From NCBI GenBank assembly GCA_003971905.1, contig RSEE01000019.1:186001-250000 (forward strand): 64,000 nucleotides of DNA, in the 5' to 3' direction. The notes beneath the pieces are model-generated. The model was not told where the DNA came from and did not search any database. It saw only the letters and a list, made by a program, of their open reading frames with translations. The stretch's first letter is position 1. Every line of letters begins with the position of its first letter. Source of the stretch: Moniliella sp. 'wahieum'. Its lineage: Eukaryota. Shown here in pieces: positions 25,098 through 41,768 of this stretch. Both the position numbers and the translations under genes were made by a program.

Positions 25098-25427
25098 GGC
25101 CAGCAGTCGGTGGCGATGGGAGTGCAGGGGAGCAGATGGATGGGTATCCGCAGCGCCTAGGCCTCCCAGCGGCCCGTCTGCTGATGTAAGCAGATAGGGT
25201 GTCTGCACTGCGAATTGGAATTGGCTGCGGGCTCTGGCATTTTATAGTGGGCCCAACGCCTTCTAACATCTGAAAGGCCTAACCTGCCCAACATAGCAGC
25301 CCCCCCCGGCTGCCAGCGGCCCACTAGAACGCAGCCGCAACCACCACCACTGCACCAACTACAGCCTCCCTCCACAGCCAATGTGTTCGTCGCGCACGCC
25401 ATCGCATGCTCGCTCATCCATTCTATT

Positions 25428-28400
25428 CTACCGTCTGCGGCCAAGCGGGGGAGGAGGCCCGGAGCGCGGCGGCGCACGCTGACCGTACGAGCCATAGCCC
25501 TGTGGCGCCTGCGCAGCCTGGTGGCCATAGCCCCCATAGCCTCCCTGGCCCCCGTACCCCTCATACCCCGGCTGCTGGCCATACCCGCCGTAGCCATAGG
25601 AAGCCGGGGGCGGCTGGGCCGCTTGGCCGTACCCCGCGTACCCTTGGTACCCGCCGTATCCCGCGCCTTGCCCCGCATACCCGCCATAGCTGGCGCCGTA
25701 GCTCGACGGGCCGTAGCCCGGTTGCCCGTAGCTCGCTTGGCCATAGGCCGCCTGGCCATAGCCACCATACCCCTGGCCTTGCCCAGGCGGCGGATACTCC
25801 TGCCGGTAGTTGCCGTAGCCTTGCCCGTACCCCCCCTGGCCATGGCCACCCGCACCTCCGTATCCACCTTGGCCATAGCCATGAGCCCGCGGCTGGCTGC
25901 CTCCGTAGCTGGCGTACTGCGCCGGGGGCGTCGAGTACGACCCAGGCGCTCCTCGGTGGCCACCTTGCCCATACGAGCTATATCCACCCCGTGGCGGCGG
26001 CGGCGGCCCACGCCCCATGCCCTGCGAACTTCCTTCGCCCGTGGCAAAGGCCGGCGGGCGCTGCGGAGCGGCCGATCCACCATTGGCAGCACGCCACTTC
26101 AAGTTGGAAATATCCTTCCCTCCCAACTTTGCCCGCGGCTGCTCCACTCCCGGAAGAAGGATGGCACGGTGAACAAATTGGGCCATAGGTAGCTCGTACT
26201 GCACCGAAATGGACTGGTCATTGGCCACGTCCGGCAGGGCAGGGTAGCGGGTGAAGGGACTGGGGAGAGTGCTGCCCGGGATGCAGGTCGGATCAGGCTT
26301 GACGTGGCCATGGATCGACGGGAGTTTGCCCGTGTCAATCTCCAAGTCGGTGGCCTTTCCCGCGTACAGAGTGGCAAAGTCGTCGTATATCTTGCAGGAA
26401 GAGCCAACAAAAAGGTAGTCATGGCCAAACTCATTCCTCCTTTTTTCATCCGGGGTGAGAAGCGCGGTACGAGCCTCCATCGCATTGAGCAGCCGGGTCT
26501 GGTCGATGAATGGGAGGAGCACAACACCTTGCCACGCATGCTTCTTTCCATTCATGTCGACCTGGAAATCGACAGGATAAAAGTCGTAGATCTCGCTCTG
26601 GGGTTCGGTCATGAGCGAGTGGTAGGCTTCAGGGATGCTCGCCCGGGAGGCGGCTGGAAGCACGCCCATCAGCTGCTCGTACGGATGGAACGGCTCTCCC
26701 TTCTCAAAGTCCACATTCACCGTCTTCATATCAAGGGCAGCCATGTCCTCCGCATAAGGGGCAAAGTGGTAGGGATAATACCAATGCCAAGACGGACAGC
26801 CCTGGTAGTAGTACTTCAACACCCAACACAAGCCCTCAATATAGTGACGCGCCACATCCAGCTTCGACTCTTGGTCGTCGAATGCGATTCCAAATTTGTC
26901 CTTGTAATATTGTTCGCGTGGGGTGCCTTCGCGCGTCTCGACAGACGTGTTGGGTACGCGGTAGTTCTCCAGCAACGCTGACTGGGCCTCTTCCTCCGTA
27001 TCGGTGGAAGACTCGTTTTCCTCCTCTTCCTCAGCATCCTCTTCCTCGTCAGCGGAAGAACGTTTCTGACCCGCTACAGACGGGGGAGGGGAAGTCTTGA
27101 CCTCGGATGTAGGCTCGGCTGTGGTCCCTCCTGCTCGAGTTTCACCTTGCTCTCGGCCTGATCCTCAGATACCTCCTCAGCCTTAGGCTCTGCAGATCGA
27201 TCTTCGATGGGGGGTTCCTCCAAGATTTTGGGGGGCTGGCCGTCTTCAGCATTCGGAGTTTCTGGCTGTTCCGCCTCACGCCCGACAACTGGGCCTTGAG
27301 TTTAGCCGCAGCAGATAGGTTGGCAGCATTGGCGTCCATCTGAGGCATAGGCCGGTGCTTGGTCCCCTGAAGAGGTTTGATCTCCTCATCTTCCTCGGCC
27401 TTGGGCGGACCAGCCATGCGTCTCTTTTTAAGATTCTTCCGAGCGCGTTCACGAGCTCTGCGAGCCTCTTTGACTGCAGTCATCCGATCCAGATCGCGCT
27501 GCTTTTGGGCCTCATGTTGCTCTTTTTTACGCGCAATCAACTCATCTTCCTCGGATGCAATCCCGCGAAGGATGTGATGGACAGCCTCGAGGTTAACGTC
27601 GCCCCCATTGGTTAGGTAGTCCGTCATGCGCTGCAATTCTTGCCGCCAAATCCGCATGAGAAGGTCGATCGCGCCCTCGCGGATGTCCAGCGCGGGCAAG
27701 TGAGGGAGGAAATCATTTCCCACAAAAAAGAAGGAAGACCCAGTCATCAATGGCACGCTCTGCATTGTACTCGAACCTAAGACCCGGCACACGGAGCTCG
27801 ACAACCAAGTACTCCCGCAGCACTGCCACATCAAGGAACACAAATGGTTTCTTTCCGGGTTCGGCCTGAGGTTCTTCCGGTGGATCGGGAAGATCAGGTC
27901 GGGAGCGGCAAGCGCGAGCCATATGACCTCGTTTGCCGCACTTGGCGCAGCCGCGGCTGCGACCGGCTTGGTCAAACACGTCCTCACGCAGAACTTTGAA
28001 GTGCGGCTCGTGGGTCGCAAGGGAGAGGATGATCAAATCGGCATCCAGACCGTAAATGACGTGACGCGTGTTGGGGTCGTAGTCAGGGAAGGAGCGTTGG
28101 CGTCGGACAAAGTCCATAATCTTGTGCTCCCCTTCTCCTGGGACAGACGCGTCAGAGAGGATAACGGTAAGGTGTTTCCACCCCGGGTCCTCATTGATCT
28201 TCTTGGCCACCCAGTATCGGAGAGACTGGGTAAGACATCCATAAATGGCGTGCCGGGGGTAATCGCGTTGGAATCCCACGATGTCTTGGTCAACTTGGCC
28301 AGTTCCTCGTCAGGGATGGGTTCCCCCTTGGCCCGGAGGGTTGCCAGCTTGGCCGCGTTCTCTACCCGTTTTTCTTCAGCCTCTTGAGCTGCCCGGAAAC

Positions 28401-28827
28401 GACGCGAACGCTGTTGGTTCATTTTAGCACGGGGGGCAACACCGTCAATCGCCATCATCAGAACACGACGCGGGCGGATCATGTTGACAACGCGTTCGGT
28501 GTAACGCAGCACCTCGACCATCATATCCTCCTCGGTCTCAGGGGCCGGACGGCCTTCAGGATGGGTACAAGGATGCACAATGCCATTCATGTCAAGGTAC
28601 AGACAATCGAATTCCTCCCCGTTTGGATTGGGTCCGCTCATGTCGACCCCTAGCCGCACGTCGCGGCCATCCTCACCCCCCCCACTACGACTTGTTCCTC
28701 CTCCTCCTCGACCGCCTGGACGATCTTGGGATACCTTCGCGTCAACCAGCGGAAAAGAGCAGGGACACCCTTTTACGGCGACAGTCAGCAGAGCTCGAGC
28801 AACAAAGAGTGGGCAGACACGTACCAT
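25428..28827 (-). CDS. RAT1: 5'-3' exoribonuclease 2 (Rat1/Xrn2/Dhp1), frameshifted
   Basis: ATG | intron 28770-28824 | [71 protein letters not shown]; zinc knuckle [40 protein letters not shown]-rich tail. Confidence 0.96.
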
Positions 28828-28969
28828 CGAGTCGCGTGGTGGTGGTGGCAAGGACCGATGCTGCGCTGGATCGATTCCCCCTGTGGTTCAACGGTCACCG
28901 GCGATGTACATGAGCTTGAACATTCAATGCCGTCCAGCGGCAGGCGGCCGGCGAGCCAACCGAGTCCCG

Positions 28970-28979
28970 TGAAATTTTT
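28970..28979 (+). promoter_or_regulatory. RRPE-like element TGAAATTTTT in the divergent RAT1 / RGG-LRR promoter
   Basis: Matches the TGAAAWTTTT consensus; function is inferred. Confidence 0.4.
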
Positions 28980-29352
28980 CTTCTTCCTGGCGGTTGGTCG
29001 ATGATTGGGTATCGATGATTGACGCGATCATGACCGTGGCAGGTGATGTTTGACGCGTGATCAGGGACTGGATACCCCCGCAGTGCCCAGTGCTCATTGT
29101 AGCATGCAACACTGAAATGGTAGACTTGGGCGAATCGTCACGCGTCACACGTCACTGGTCATTAATCAGGACTGGCTTCTGTCTTGAGAAGCGCTTGAAA
29201 GTCACTTGGTTCAGCAAACGTTCCAACCTGTCCGCCTTTTCCGCTGCGATCTTGCACCGATAATTTTTTGCAGCGGGTGCGCTAACCATTACCAAGCCGC
29301 CAACCCTTCGAAACCCCAGGTCCGCCTAGCTCCCCTGACCCACCCCATCAGC

Positions 29353-31787
29353 ATGGCGCGTGACGCCTTCTTTACTGCTCAAGCGCGCATCCCCCCCTGC
29401 ACGTGGCGGCGAACCGAGGGATCGAGGTGCCCCTCGTGGCCGGGGCGGTGGTAGCAGGGGGACGCGCGGCACTCCCCGTGGCCGAGGCGGCCATGAATCC
29501 GGAGGCCGTGGAGGCGGTGGTTGGAGCCGGACGACTGATGGACACGGCCATACTGGCGATGAGTCAGGCTCTCATGGCGTGGGAGGGGTGCATTTTCTGA
29601 CTCCCGAGGCCGTGGGAGGGGTGGATTTTCTGATTCACGCGGCCGTGGCCGAGGCGGCTTTTCCGAATCGCGTGGCCGTGGTCGAGGTGGATTCAGTGAT
29701 TCGCGAGGAAGGGGCAGTTCCCGGGAGGTGGCCGTGCAGGCTTTCGTGGGATCCCACGAGATCACGGATGGGCAAACGTTTCCGACCGCCCCCACTCTAA
29801 CCAGCCTGGCGAGGGGTTGGATGATTCTGATGCGCCTCCCGCCAAGCGGATGCGCCAGGGCCCCCCTCACCGACCCAAGTCCAAGCCTCGTCGCGAAAAG
29901 CCCGAAAGCGATGAAGAGCCGAGGAGCCCACTTCGATTTTTGACAAGGACGCGCTAGACTTGTCGTCGCACCCACTTCCTCCGTTTGACGACTTGGTGGA
30001 CACACTTTCTCAGTTCAAGCGGCTGCGGAAGCTCAATGTAGCGTCCATCGAGCCTAACGAGGAGCACTCGGAAGGGCAACTCGCTCTCATGGCTTCAAAA
30101 GGCGGTTGTCAAGTCCAAGTCTTCCGCGCGCAAGGCCTCCAAAGAGGAAGATTCGCCCCTGGAGTGCGTGATTTGTGGTTTGGGCATGATTTGACGACAC
30201 TCAACCTGTCTGCCAACCATGCTCTGGGTGAAGCCCACTCCAAGCAAGGCGAGGAGGTTTTCAGTGCTACGGCCTTTCCTACTCTTTATGGTTCGTACCA
30301 CTCCTTCATTTTTTTCACCATTATCGTTCGCTGACCTTGTATCCCCCTTCAGCCTTGGACCTGTCCCATACATCCTTACATTCGCTCCCTCTCTTGACTC
30401 TGCAAACGTCCCTCCGTGCCCTGGTTCTCACCGGAAATGAGCTGACATTCTGCCTACGCTTCCACTCCTCCCCAACCTCAACACACTCATTGTGTCCAAG
30501 AACAAGTTGACCAGTTTACCTTCTACGCTCCCCAGTTCGCTTCCCTCGCTCAAGAAACTGAGTTTGGCCAACAACGACGTGAACGATGGAGCGGCACTGC
30601 CAGACTTCACGCCCTGTGGGACCTGCGGGAAGTACGGCTAAACGGAAACCCCAAACTGATTTCTCTCCCGAGCCACCTGTCTTCTTGGGGTCGCGGCCGG
30701 AATGGCACAGCACCCGGCTTGGACCTATTAGATTTGGGTCGCTGCGGCTTCACCTCTGGGACGCTTTGCAACCTATCCTACAACTTGGGCAGGTTGCCTC
30801 AACGGGTGGACACCGTGGCCTGCGCAATCTCAACTTGAATGGCAATCCACTTTTCGACTCGGACGACCCGGCCGAGGTGGCAGCAGCGCGGGAGCGCATT
30901 TTGCAGGTTCACCCAGGCCTGCGTACCTTGAACAATGACCATATCGGCCCTACAAAGAAAGTGGGCGACGACAAGCCCGAGGCGGAGGATGAAGACAAGG
31001 CCGGTGCCCCCGTAAAGCCTACAGCCTCTGTGGGGCAAAAGCGCAAACGGGATGAGGACCAACCCACCACAGCCCCTGCCCCTGTCCCTGCCCCTGTCTC
31101 CACAGGAGAGGCGGAGAAGGAGCACGGCAAGCATAAGCGTGGCGCACGGGGTGGCAAGAAGAAGAAACACACTGAGGTTGAGACGACGGTTTCGCTGGAG
31201 AATGTACCCGTGCCTGAGCCTGAGCCTGAACCTGAAGAGGAGGAGGTGCGGTCCGACTCGGAGGATGAGATGATATCCAAGCGGCAGCTGGAGCGGGACG
31301 CTCTGGCCGACGCGGTGGCCTTGGATGCGGACGAATCGGATGACGAGATGGCAGGCGTCCCGGACAAAGCTACGGCCGAGTCGTATTTGGTGGAAGCTCC
31401 AACCGACAAGTCCAAATGGGTGGACAAGACCTTTGACGACATAAAGAAACCTGCGGAGGGTGGTACCCTGGGCAAGGGGCCCACTAAGAAAGTGTCCAAG
31501 AAGCCACCCAAAAAGGCGTCCACCAACCTCTTGGCTGGTCCAGCTTCGACGGCCCGGCCTGGTACTGGTGCCAAGGCATCAAAGGAGGAGCAGAAAACTA
31601 AGAAGGAAACGGCTGCTGCAGAGGTGGACCGCAGTGCCGTGGTCGGTATCGTCGCTGTTGATAAGAAGGCCGGCAAGAAGCGTAAGGAAAGTAAGGCGAT
31701 GGCCCTCCCAAGCCCCGTCCTTCCGCTCCTGCTAACTTTGGACTTGGAGGGGGAGGTGCATGGGGTGGGGGACAATCGAGCTGGTGA
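29353..31787 (+). CDS. Leucine-rich-repeat protein with RGG-rich N-terminus and acidic/Lys-rich C-terminus (frameshifted)
   Basis: RGRGG repeats at ~29400-29730; LRR units LRKLNVAS, LTTLNLSAN, LNTLIVSKNKLTSLP, LKKLSLANN, LRNLNLNGNP; KHKRGARGGKKKK; probable end GGGGAWGGGQSSW*. Confidence 0.75.
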
Positions 31788-32128
31788 AGTGCTTGTTTGC
31801 CTCGAAAATGATATTAGGATGGGTTGTTTCCCTCATTTCGACGCTGATTAGATGATAATCAGATCAGCTGGAAGGAGTGTGTATAGGTTGCGGCAAGGGT
31901 GAATACCTCAAAGAACGTTCCGTCGTCCAGTAGCCAACGTCTTGTCGAGTATTACCGATGTTATCGGTCTGGCTGCGTGTCAGCGACCACAGGCACAGGC
32001 ACAGGCACAGCAACGCGAAACTGGAATTTGTCACCCGTTTGTCATCAGCGCATCGGTACAGCGACCGGTGACCCAACCTTTCCCGATCTCCTTCTCCATG
32101 CTACACCCTTTAAGCTTCACCTCCAATC

Positions 32129-32899
32129 ATGTCTGCCTCATTGGTACTGGCCCGCTCGCAGATCGACGCATTACACCAAGAGGATCCGGCTTACGCGGCC
32201 CACAAACGGGGGGCAGCTCGACGTGGTGGATGAGCTGCAGTACGCCGATTCGATGGAGCGGTGGGCAGAGGAGCTTCTTGCCTCTCGTCCGGACGAGGAA
32301 AAGAATTCATCCCCCTTGGACAGCGACCTTGTTCGTCTTGCAGCACGGTGCCAGCACCTGGAGCGATTCAAGACCCCACGTTCATCTTATCCGGAGGGCA
32401 AGGCTGGGTACCTGCGCTGGCGGAGCAAATTGTATGTTCTCCAAGCGGACCGAGCCCGCGAAGTACTGCTCGCATCGGGGGTGTCGGAGACGGACGCGGG
32501 GAAGGTGCACAAGTGGGTGCGCAAAGGTGAACTCAAAGCTGGCCAGCAGGACGTAAAGATCCAGGTGCGTATCTATTTTCCCTCTTGGATGGATCTAATT
32601 CGCCTGATTACGAACAGGCTCTCAGCTTCTCGAGGACGCGGCTGTGCTCGTCTTCCTAGAGAAAGAGATTGCGGGTTTTGCTCAAAGCACAAAGAGTATA
32701 CGGAGGACAAGTTTGTCGAGATCCTGGCCAAGTATGTGGTATTTGGGGGAGAATCATGGGATCGGAGACTGACTCTCTTTCCAGGACCTTGCGCAAAGTC
32801 TCGCCCACTGCTGTTCAGGCTGCCCAGCGCATCGACATGTCCCCCGCCATTGCTGCCTTGCTACAAAAGGCAGCGACCCAAGCGACAGAATCGGCATAA
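32129..32899 (+). CDS. DUF4202 family protein
   Basis: IDALHQEDP; ELQYADSMERW; LAARCQHLERFKTPRSSYPEGKAGYLRWR; LEDAAVLVFLE; KFVEILAKTLRKVS. Introns 32565-32617 and 32732-32784. Confidence 0.88.
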
Positions 32900-33988
32900 G
32901 AATTCACCTCTAGCTGGTTGGTAGATTACATTCCAGGTTTAATTCATGGGCAGCAGTTTCCTTTCGGAGGGATCGCGATTGTGGGTCGTCGTCCATTGCT
33001 GCCCCAGAACTAGAGCGGCATGCCCCCGGACGAGAATGTCGGGCTGCCGCATGATTCGACTGCGAACCTCAGTAGGGAGGGTATTCACCCACTGCATCAC
33101 CTTCTCGGTGGAAGCATCGGGCTGTCGGGGGAAAAGTTAATACCGATGCTCGTCGTATTGAGACCGACGTACCTGGATCCACAGCGATCTGGCTCGCATC
33201 TTGAGCGCCACCTTGGATTTTAGTAACGCTTCCTTGGGTCACAGGAAATCACTACACCGGCCTTGGATACCAAATCGGGAGGACAGTCGGACAGGTGATG
33301 GTACACCGGTAGCCCAAACGTTGCAGCGGTAAAAGTCATGTCACCTCCCACTAAGCTTGGTAGAGTCCTGGTGAGAGAGAAGGATAAGTCAGTACCACCC
33401 CCGCGGATCAAGAATCCCGTCTTACTCCTGCTGCGAAACCAACGCTGAACCTGGAAACGATAAAATCAGAAACACTGCCATCCCAGATCAATGAGCGCTG
33501 CGACGTACCTTGTGGGCCGGTGACTGGATGTTAGTGTCGACACCAACGATCAAAAAATGTGGGGCCTGGAAGAAGTTCTAGGGAGAAAGAGATGTGTTAG
33601 TCGTGTGAGCAGTCCTTCTCTCACATGCGACAAATGCGCACAATCATGTCGGCAGAAACCATCCAGTTTTGCGGTTGATTATGGCGCAGAACGTTGCGGC
33701 ATACCCCCATGAAGTTGGGGAGTGAGGTGGACGGCAGGAGCGAAAGACCAGGTGGGAGCGGCAATGGTCGCGGCGGTACCCTGGGGGGTGGACGCGCATT
33801 GCGAGGGCTTTGGCGCGCGTTTTTTCAAAGAAGGCAGCGCATTCTTAATGCGCATGTGACCCGACATGATCAGAGTGGTAGCGGTGGTGAAGGTTTGCGG
33901 GAGCGATGATGGTAATTGTGTGTACATGGATCCGGCTTGCATTTTTGAGGAAAAGAATATTACTTAAGACAATTTCATGCAAAAAGAG

Positions 33989-34085
33989 CGTTCCATGTTG
34001 GGCTCGAACCAACGACCTCCCGATGCCAAAGGGCAAAGGCCGTCTGTTTAACGTCGGACGCTCTAGCCAACTGAGCTAATGGAAC
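33989..34085 (-). tRNA. tRNA-Asn(GTT) with intron; U33 apparently missing in the assembly
   Basis: Acceptor stem GTTCCAT/ATGGAAC with G73; D arm GCTC..GAGC; anticodon stem TCCGA/TCGGG; loop reads C-GTT-A; T loop GTTCGAGCC; TTTTT terminator. Confidence 0.8.
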
Positions 34086-34464
34086 ACGATACTGACGACG
34101 AAACAATATAGTCCTGATTGTTTACAGACAAAATCGGTCGTCAACTAGAAAACCCATAAAACCCCGTTTGGGAAGGGGAGGGGGGCGAGCTGGACATACT
34201 TTACACTTGATAAGGAGTCATTAGGTGAAGAGCATTGAGGGTGAGGTGACTATAGTTTATAGGCCTAAAGCTCTGCAATGAGATACGAGAATACATGGCA
34301 GTAGTATAGGCGTATAGCCATAATTAAGGATGCTTGGAATAGGAAGAGAACTTGAACAAAAACAAGAGGGTAGTAGATGAGACATGCGAAGGTTAGCCAC
34401 AGTCTCTCTGAAGAATGAGTCCGGATTGGAGAAATCGAGAGGAAGGGTGCAGAGGGAGACTACG

Positions 34465-37400
34465 TGTTAAGCCATCGGGTGGCTCGTGCTTTGTGGCCAA
34501 TGTCCCTTCAGTTCCTCCTCAAGCCTGGGAGTTCCGTTGTTTTCTCTCTCTCTTGTTTTTCCGTTGCGCAGCTTAGCCCCTGGTGGCGACTCGCTGCTTG
34601 TTTTGTTCCTCTGTAGGCGTTGCTGGTTGGCTTAGACCACCACCACCACCAGTATGATTGCATCACCCTCGAGGACCATCAGGACTCCAGGTCTCATCAG
34701 AGTTACAACTCTTCGCTCATCCAGAAGTGAGCAACGCGGTGATCAACTCACAATTCTCTTTCTCATCCCTCACACTCTCCAACCATTTCCTTCGACGTCT
34801 TTTCAGCAATGAGCGCCATTCCACTTCCTACCCCTCAGCTTTCGAACCCGGACTGGCCGACGAACACCTTTCGTCTCCTTTTCCTAAAGACGGCATTACC
34901 TTCAAACACGCATCGCAGCTGGCCAAAGAACAGCTTAGCCAAAATACCAAACTCTTTACCATATTCTTGAGGATCACAACCCTCTGGTGGCCAACGGGAA
35001 TGCACCTGATTTTCCAACCCGTCGCGCCTATATTTCAGGCAAACTCTCAGCTCTCGAGCAAAAGATCGTGAAAATGATCGGCGATCCTACTAAGCTGATT
35101 CCCAGCGATCCGTCTTCCCAGATGACTGTCGCACGTAAATTCAACGACTTGAGTGCTCTATTTCACCGCGTTATGTTGGGTTTTTGTGATTCATCTTGGT
35201 TCCCCTCTTCTTCCTCTCAGCAATCCTCCGAAATGTCTGAACCTCCTGTGGATCCTGCCGCAACCCCACGAGCAAGCGTCCCATGTTTGCCTGATGTGGA
35301 AAACATTACTGCTGTCAATGCTTCCGTTTCTCCGCCAATCGACGATGAGATGATGTCTATGTTGACAAGGCTCAGCTCCACTAATGTCTGCGAAGTGTCT
35401 CCTGGACGCGGCCCAGAAAAGGTGGTGTGCCGAAGCGGGCGTGTCAGCTGCCATGGCGGTGCTTGACAAGACCGTCTCTGCGAAGCAATTGTCCACACAC
35501 GTCCTCATCTGTGCCTATACCCACGAATGAGGAGCCCTTCCATCTCTGGCAAAGCTTACACGCGGTATCAACACTACGGACAAGTACATATCGGACAAGA
35601 CTTTTGGGCGTGGGCGGACTTAGTTTTGGACCGCCTTGATGATGCAATGAGTGGTGCACGTGAGCTTCTTCGAAATGGCGAAAGTGATCCTCACTAAAAC
35701 AGCCTTCTGGACCGCAAACTCCACGCTCCCCTCATGGCCCACCTTCACCGTGATGTTGCCTCGACTATTCCCTCTTCTGAGACTGAAGGCATGGCTTCTG
35801 CGTGTTCCGCATTCTACTTCAACATTACGGTCGGTCATCCCCCCGATCGCGTGGCCCTTTTTCGGCAAAAACTTGGTGATCTTAATATTGGCATCTGGTC
35901 CGGCGCTAAATACGTGGAACGTCTTCACCGCAGTCTCATTTATAAGCTACGGATGCGCTCGGGTTCTCCACCTATCCCTAACTGGTTGTTTAGCACATTT
36001 TGCTCAATGGTTTGCACGATCCCAATTTTACGGCGTCACATCTCAATGACGACTATGACCATCTTTTGATGATCATCTCCGATCGTGAAGCCATACGACA
36101 GCCGGTGTTTTCCCAGAGTGCAACGCAGCGTTCGACTTTGCGCCCCTCCCCTTGATCTCACCCATCCTGTCCCCGATAACCCCCAAGATCCGTCTTTTAT
36201 TCCTCTCTTCGCTCTTAACGTTCCCAGCTCTTCTTTCATCCTCCCATCTCCCTTTCCACTCTCGACTTACCCCCTTTGTTAAACATCTTATTCCCATGCC
36301 CAACACTTCCATGATCCCTGCCTCAAACTGTACACTTCATCCTCCTCTTGCCTCTGCCCTCGACCACACGCCAGACGAGGACGCACTTCTCGTCACCGCC
36401 GATGATGTTCCGTTGGCACCCGAGTCTGTGCGGTATCTGTCGCTACACCCTGCTTTTGACGATGTCCTTGCTGCCATGCGCGTTGAGCTAACGCGTTTTG
36501 ATACTCGGAAGGTGAAGAACGTCGAGTCCATTCCTCCAGGGGACGTGTACTACCCGTATCTGGGTCCTAAACATCAAGACAGATGCAGAGGGGCGCTTTG
36601 TCAAATACCGTGCCCGCTATGTCGTGGGGGGGGGATCATCAGCTACCCGGGTCGTGGACCAAATCGTTTGCTCCCGCGGTTCGCACTTCAGCTGTCAATA
36701 CTTTGATTGCCATCTCCGAGGAGGAAGGGCTCCAGCTCTTCACAGCCGATATTGAAACCGCTTATCTTGACGCTGATGTCACGGAAGAGGTCTATGTTCG
36801 GCCTCCTCCCTTTTTCTCCGAAGGGAAGGGCAAGCGCTGGAAACTGAAAAAGAGCCTTTACGGATTACATCAAAGCGGGGCTAATTTTGGTGATTGGCTG
36901 CATACTTTCCTCTGTGATCGACTTGGGTTTACCAGTCTCAAGTCAGAGAGCCATGTATCTTCCTTTTTCGTCATACCGATTCCCTGAACCTCATTGTCTT
37001 GGCGATCCACACTGACGATTTCCTTGTTGCTTGCCGTTCGGAGGAATTTTACGATTCCTTCCTTGTCGAGCTTCGTCGTCATATTGAGATTAAACCCAAT
37101 GGGCCCCTTCGTTTCCACCTCGGATGCCATGCCAGTACGACCGCATTTTGATGGCCGTCTCTATGTGAGCCAGCCGAAATTCATTGCTGAAACGAGTTGC
37201 TACCCACGACATGACCCATGACCATCCTCGGCGTCTCCCCCTCAGCCGCACCCTTCCCCCCCCAACGTCCCGAGCACGAATCACGTTCGACACACGCGAC
37301 GAGAATCACGCCTACCGCTCTATGGTCGGGTCCGCTATGTGATCGGCACGCATGTCACGCCCGGACACATTATTTGCCGCCACCTTCATGCATCATGGGA
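34465..37400 (+). mobile_element. Decayed, 3'-truncated Ty1/copia LTR retrotransposon
   Basis: Putative 5' LTR TGTTAA..CATCA (34465-34699; left edge uncertain), then GAGTTACA PBS, gag and integrase remnants, and RT (ADIETAYL, LKKSLYGLHQSG, IHTDD). Many stops and frameshifts; no 3' LTR seen. Confidence 0.85.
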
Positions 37401-38154
37401 TAAGCGGAGCGATGGGCGGGAGAACGCCGCCTTTTTCTGGGTGTTAAGTATTAGAGATCTCGTTTTGGATGTGGGATCTTTTTTGGATAGTTTATGGGGT
37501 CTGTTGTGGGATAGAGCAGAAGTGTGGGTCGGTGGCTCTCGGGATAAGCTAGGCGTTGGCCCTGTGAACTCTGAGGCTCAGCGCTCCGGCAGCATGACTG
37601 GCACGGCGGGTCCACGTGGGCGGGGCAGAAGGCGGGCGGGGTAGCGTGTGTTTGGAGCATGGGGCAAGTGGGGCCCGGACAGAAGCCCACCGTGGTTAAT
37701 CGGTGGAGGTGACCACAGCAGCTGAAAAGTGCAATTCCATCTGCTGACGGTGAAAGTGATGAAACATTGGGTGCTGCTAGCGACAGGGCGGCAACGTTCA
37801 ACTTGAACGTTCAACACGGAATCGGCTGGTGGAAGCCAGGTGGAACCGCATGAAGCTGGAACCTTGAACGTTCAGGCAGTTGGGGTTTGACGCTTGGTGT
37901 TCGCGCTCCTCTCGGCTCCTCCCGCGCCTCCACGCTCCTCGTGCTTCCTGCTGTGCTCCCCTCGTGCTGCTTGCGCTGCAGCAGCTTGCCGTCTGCTGCC
38001 CCGCCGCGTCCTTCATCGCCACCACCATCCGCCGTTTCTTGGTGTGGCTGCGTGTGTGTCTGTCGGTCTGCTTGCCTCCCGGCCCTTCCCTCCTCCCTCC
38101 CAGCCCCCTCTTTTCCTTTGCTCCTGCTCTTCGTCCCGTTTGCTCCTCACGCCC

Positions 38155-41331
<3,177 letters not shown>

Positions 41332-41768
41332 GTGGGGACCCCCTCCTGCGAACAAGATGTGAGAGAGCAAGAATGGGACGGAGGCGTTTACGACCTGCTG
41401 CAGGCGCTGATAATACGTTTGCTCGACCTGCTCATGCTGTGCTTGCCGCTAGCCCAAGTCTCATCCCATTCTCCTCTTCTCTATCTCCTCGAGTTTGTAT
41501 ACTATACTACTATTTGTTGCCTTTCTGGCAACTTCTGGGTCCCCCATGTTGTCCCCAGGCCACGCTTACACGCTTCACGGGCAAACACGTTCATGAGCTA
41601 TCTCTACCATTCACTCCACGGGACCTTTGCGGGTACAAATTCTTCTGATATGATGTTTCTCTCTTCCATCTTTGGTCTCGTGCAGTGACGTAACGAGAGC
41701 AAGTCGCTACAACTCGATGATGGTTAGTACCTTGGCCTCTATTCAAAGCAAGGGGAGTCCACAATCAA

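Noticed and set aside
17527..25300. Many long overlapping and antisense ORFs (e.g. 17527..18225, 23349..24329, 23924..24967)
   Set aside because: Expected in very GC-rich, stop-poor sequence or as shadows of real genes; Arg/Pro/Ala-rich with no motifs.
31899..32128. YYRCYRSG, resembling a FAR1/MULE zinc-ribbon motif, at the start of ORF 31899..32924
   Set aside because: It lies upstream of the probable DUF4202 start (32129); no transposase domain or TIRs follow.
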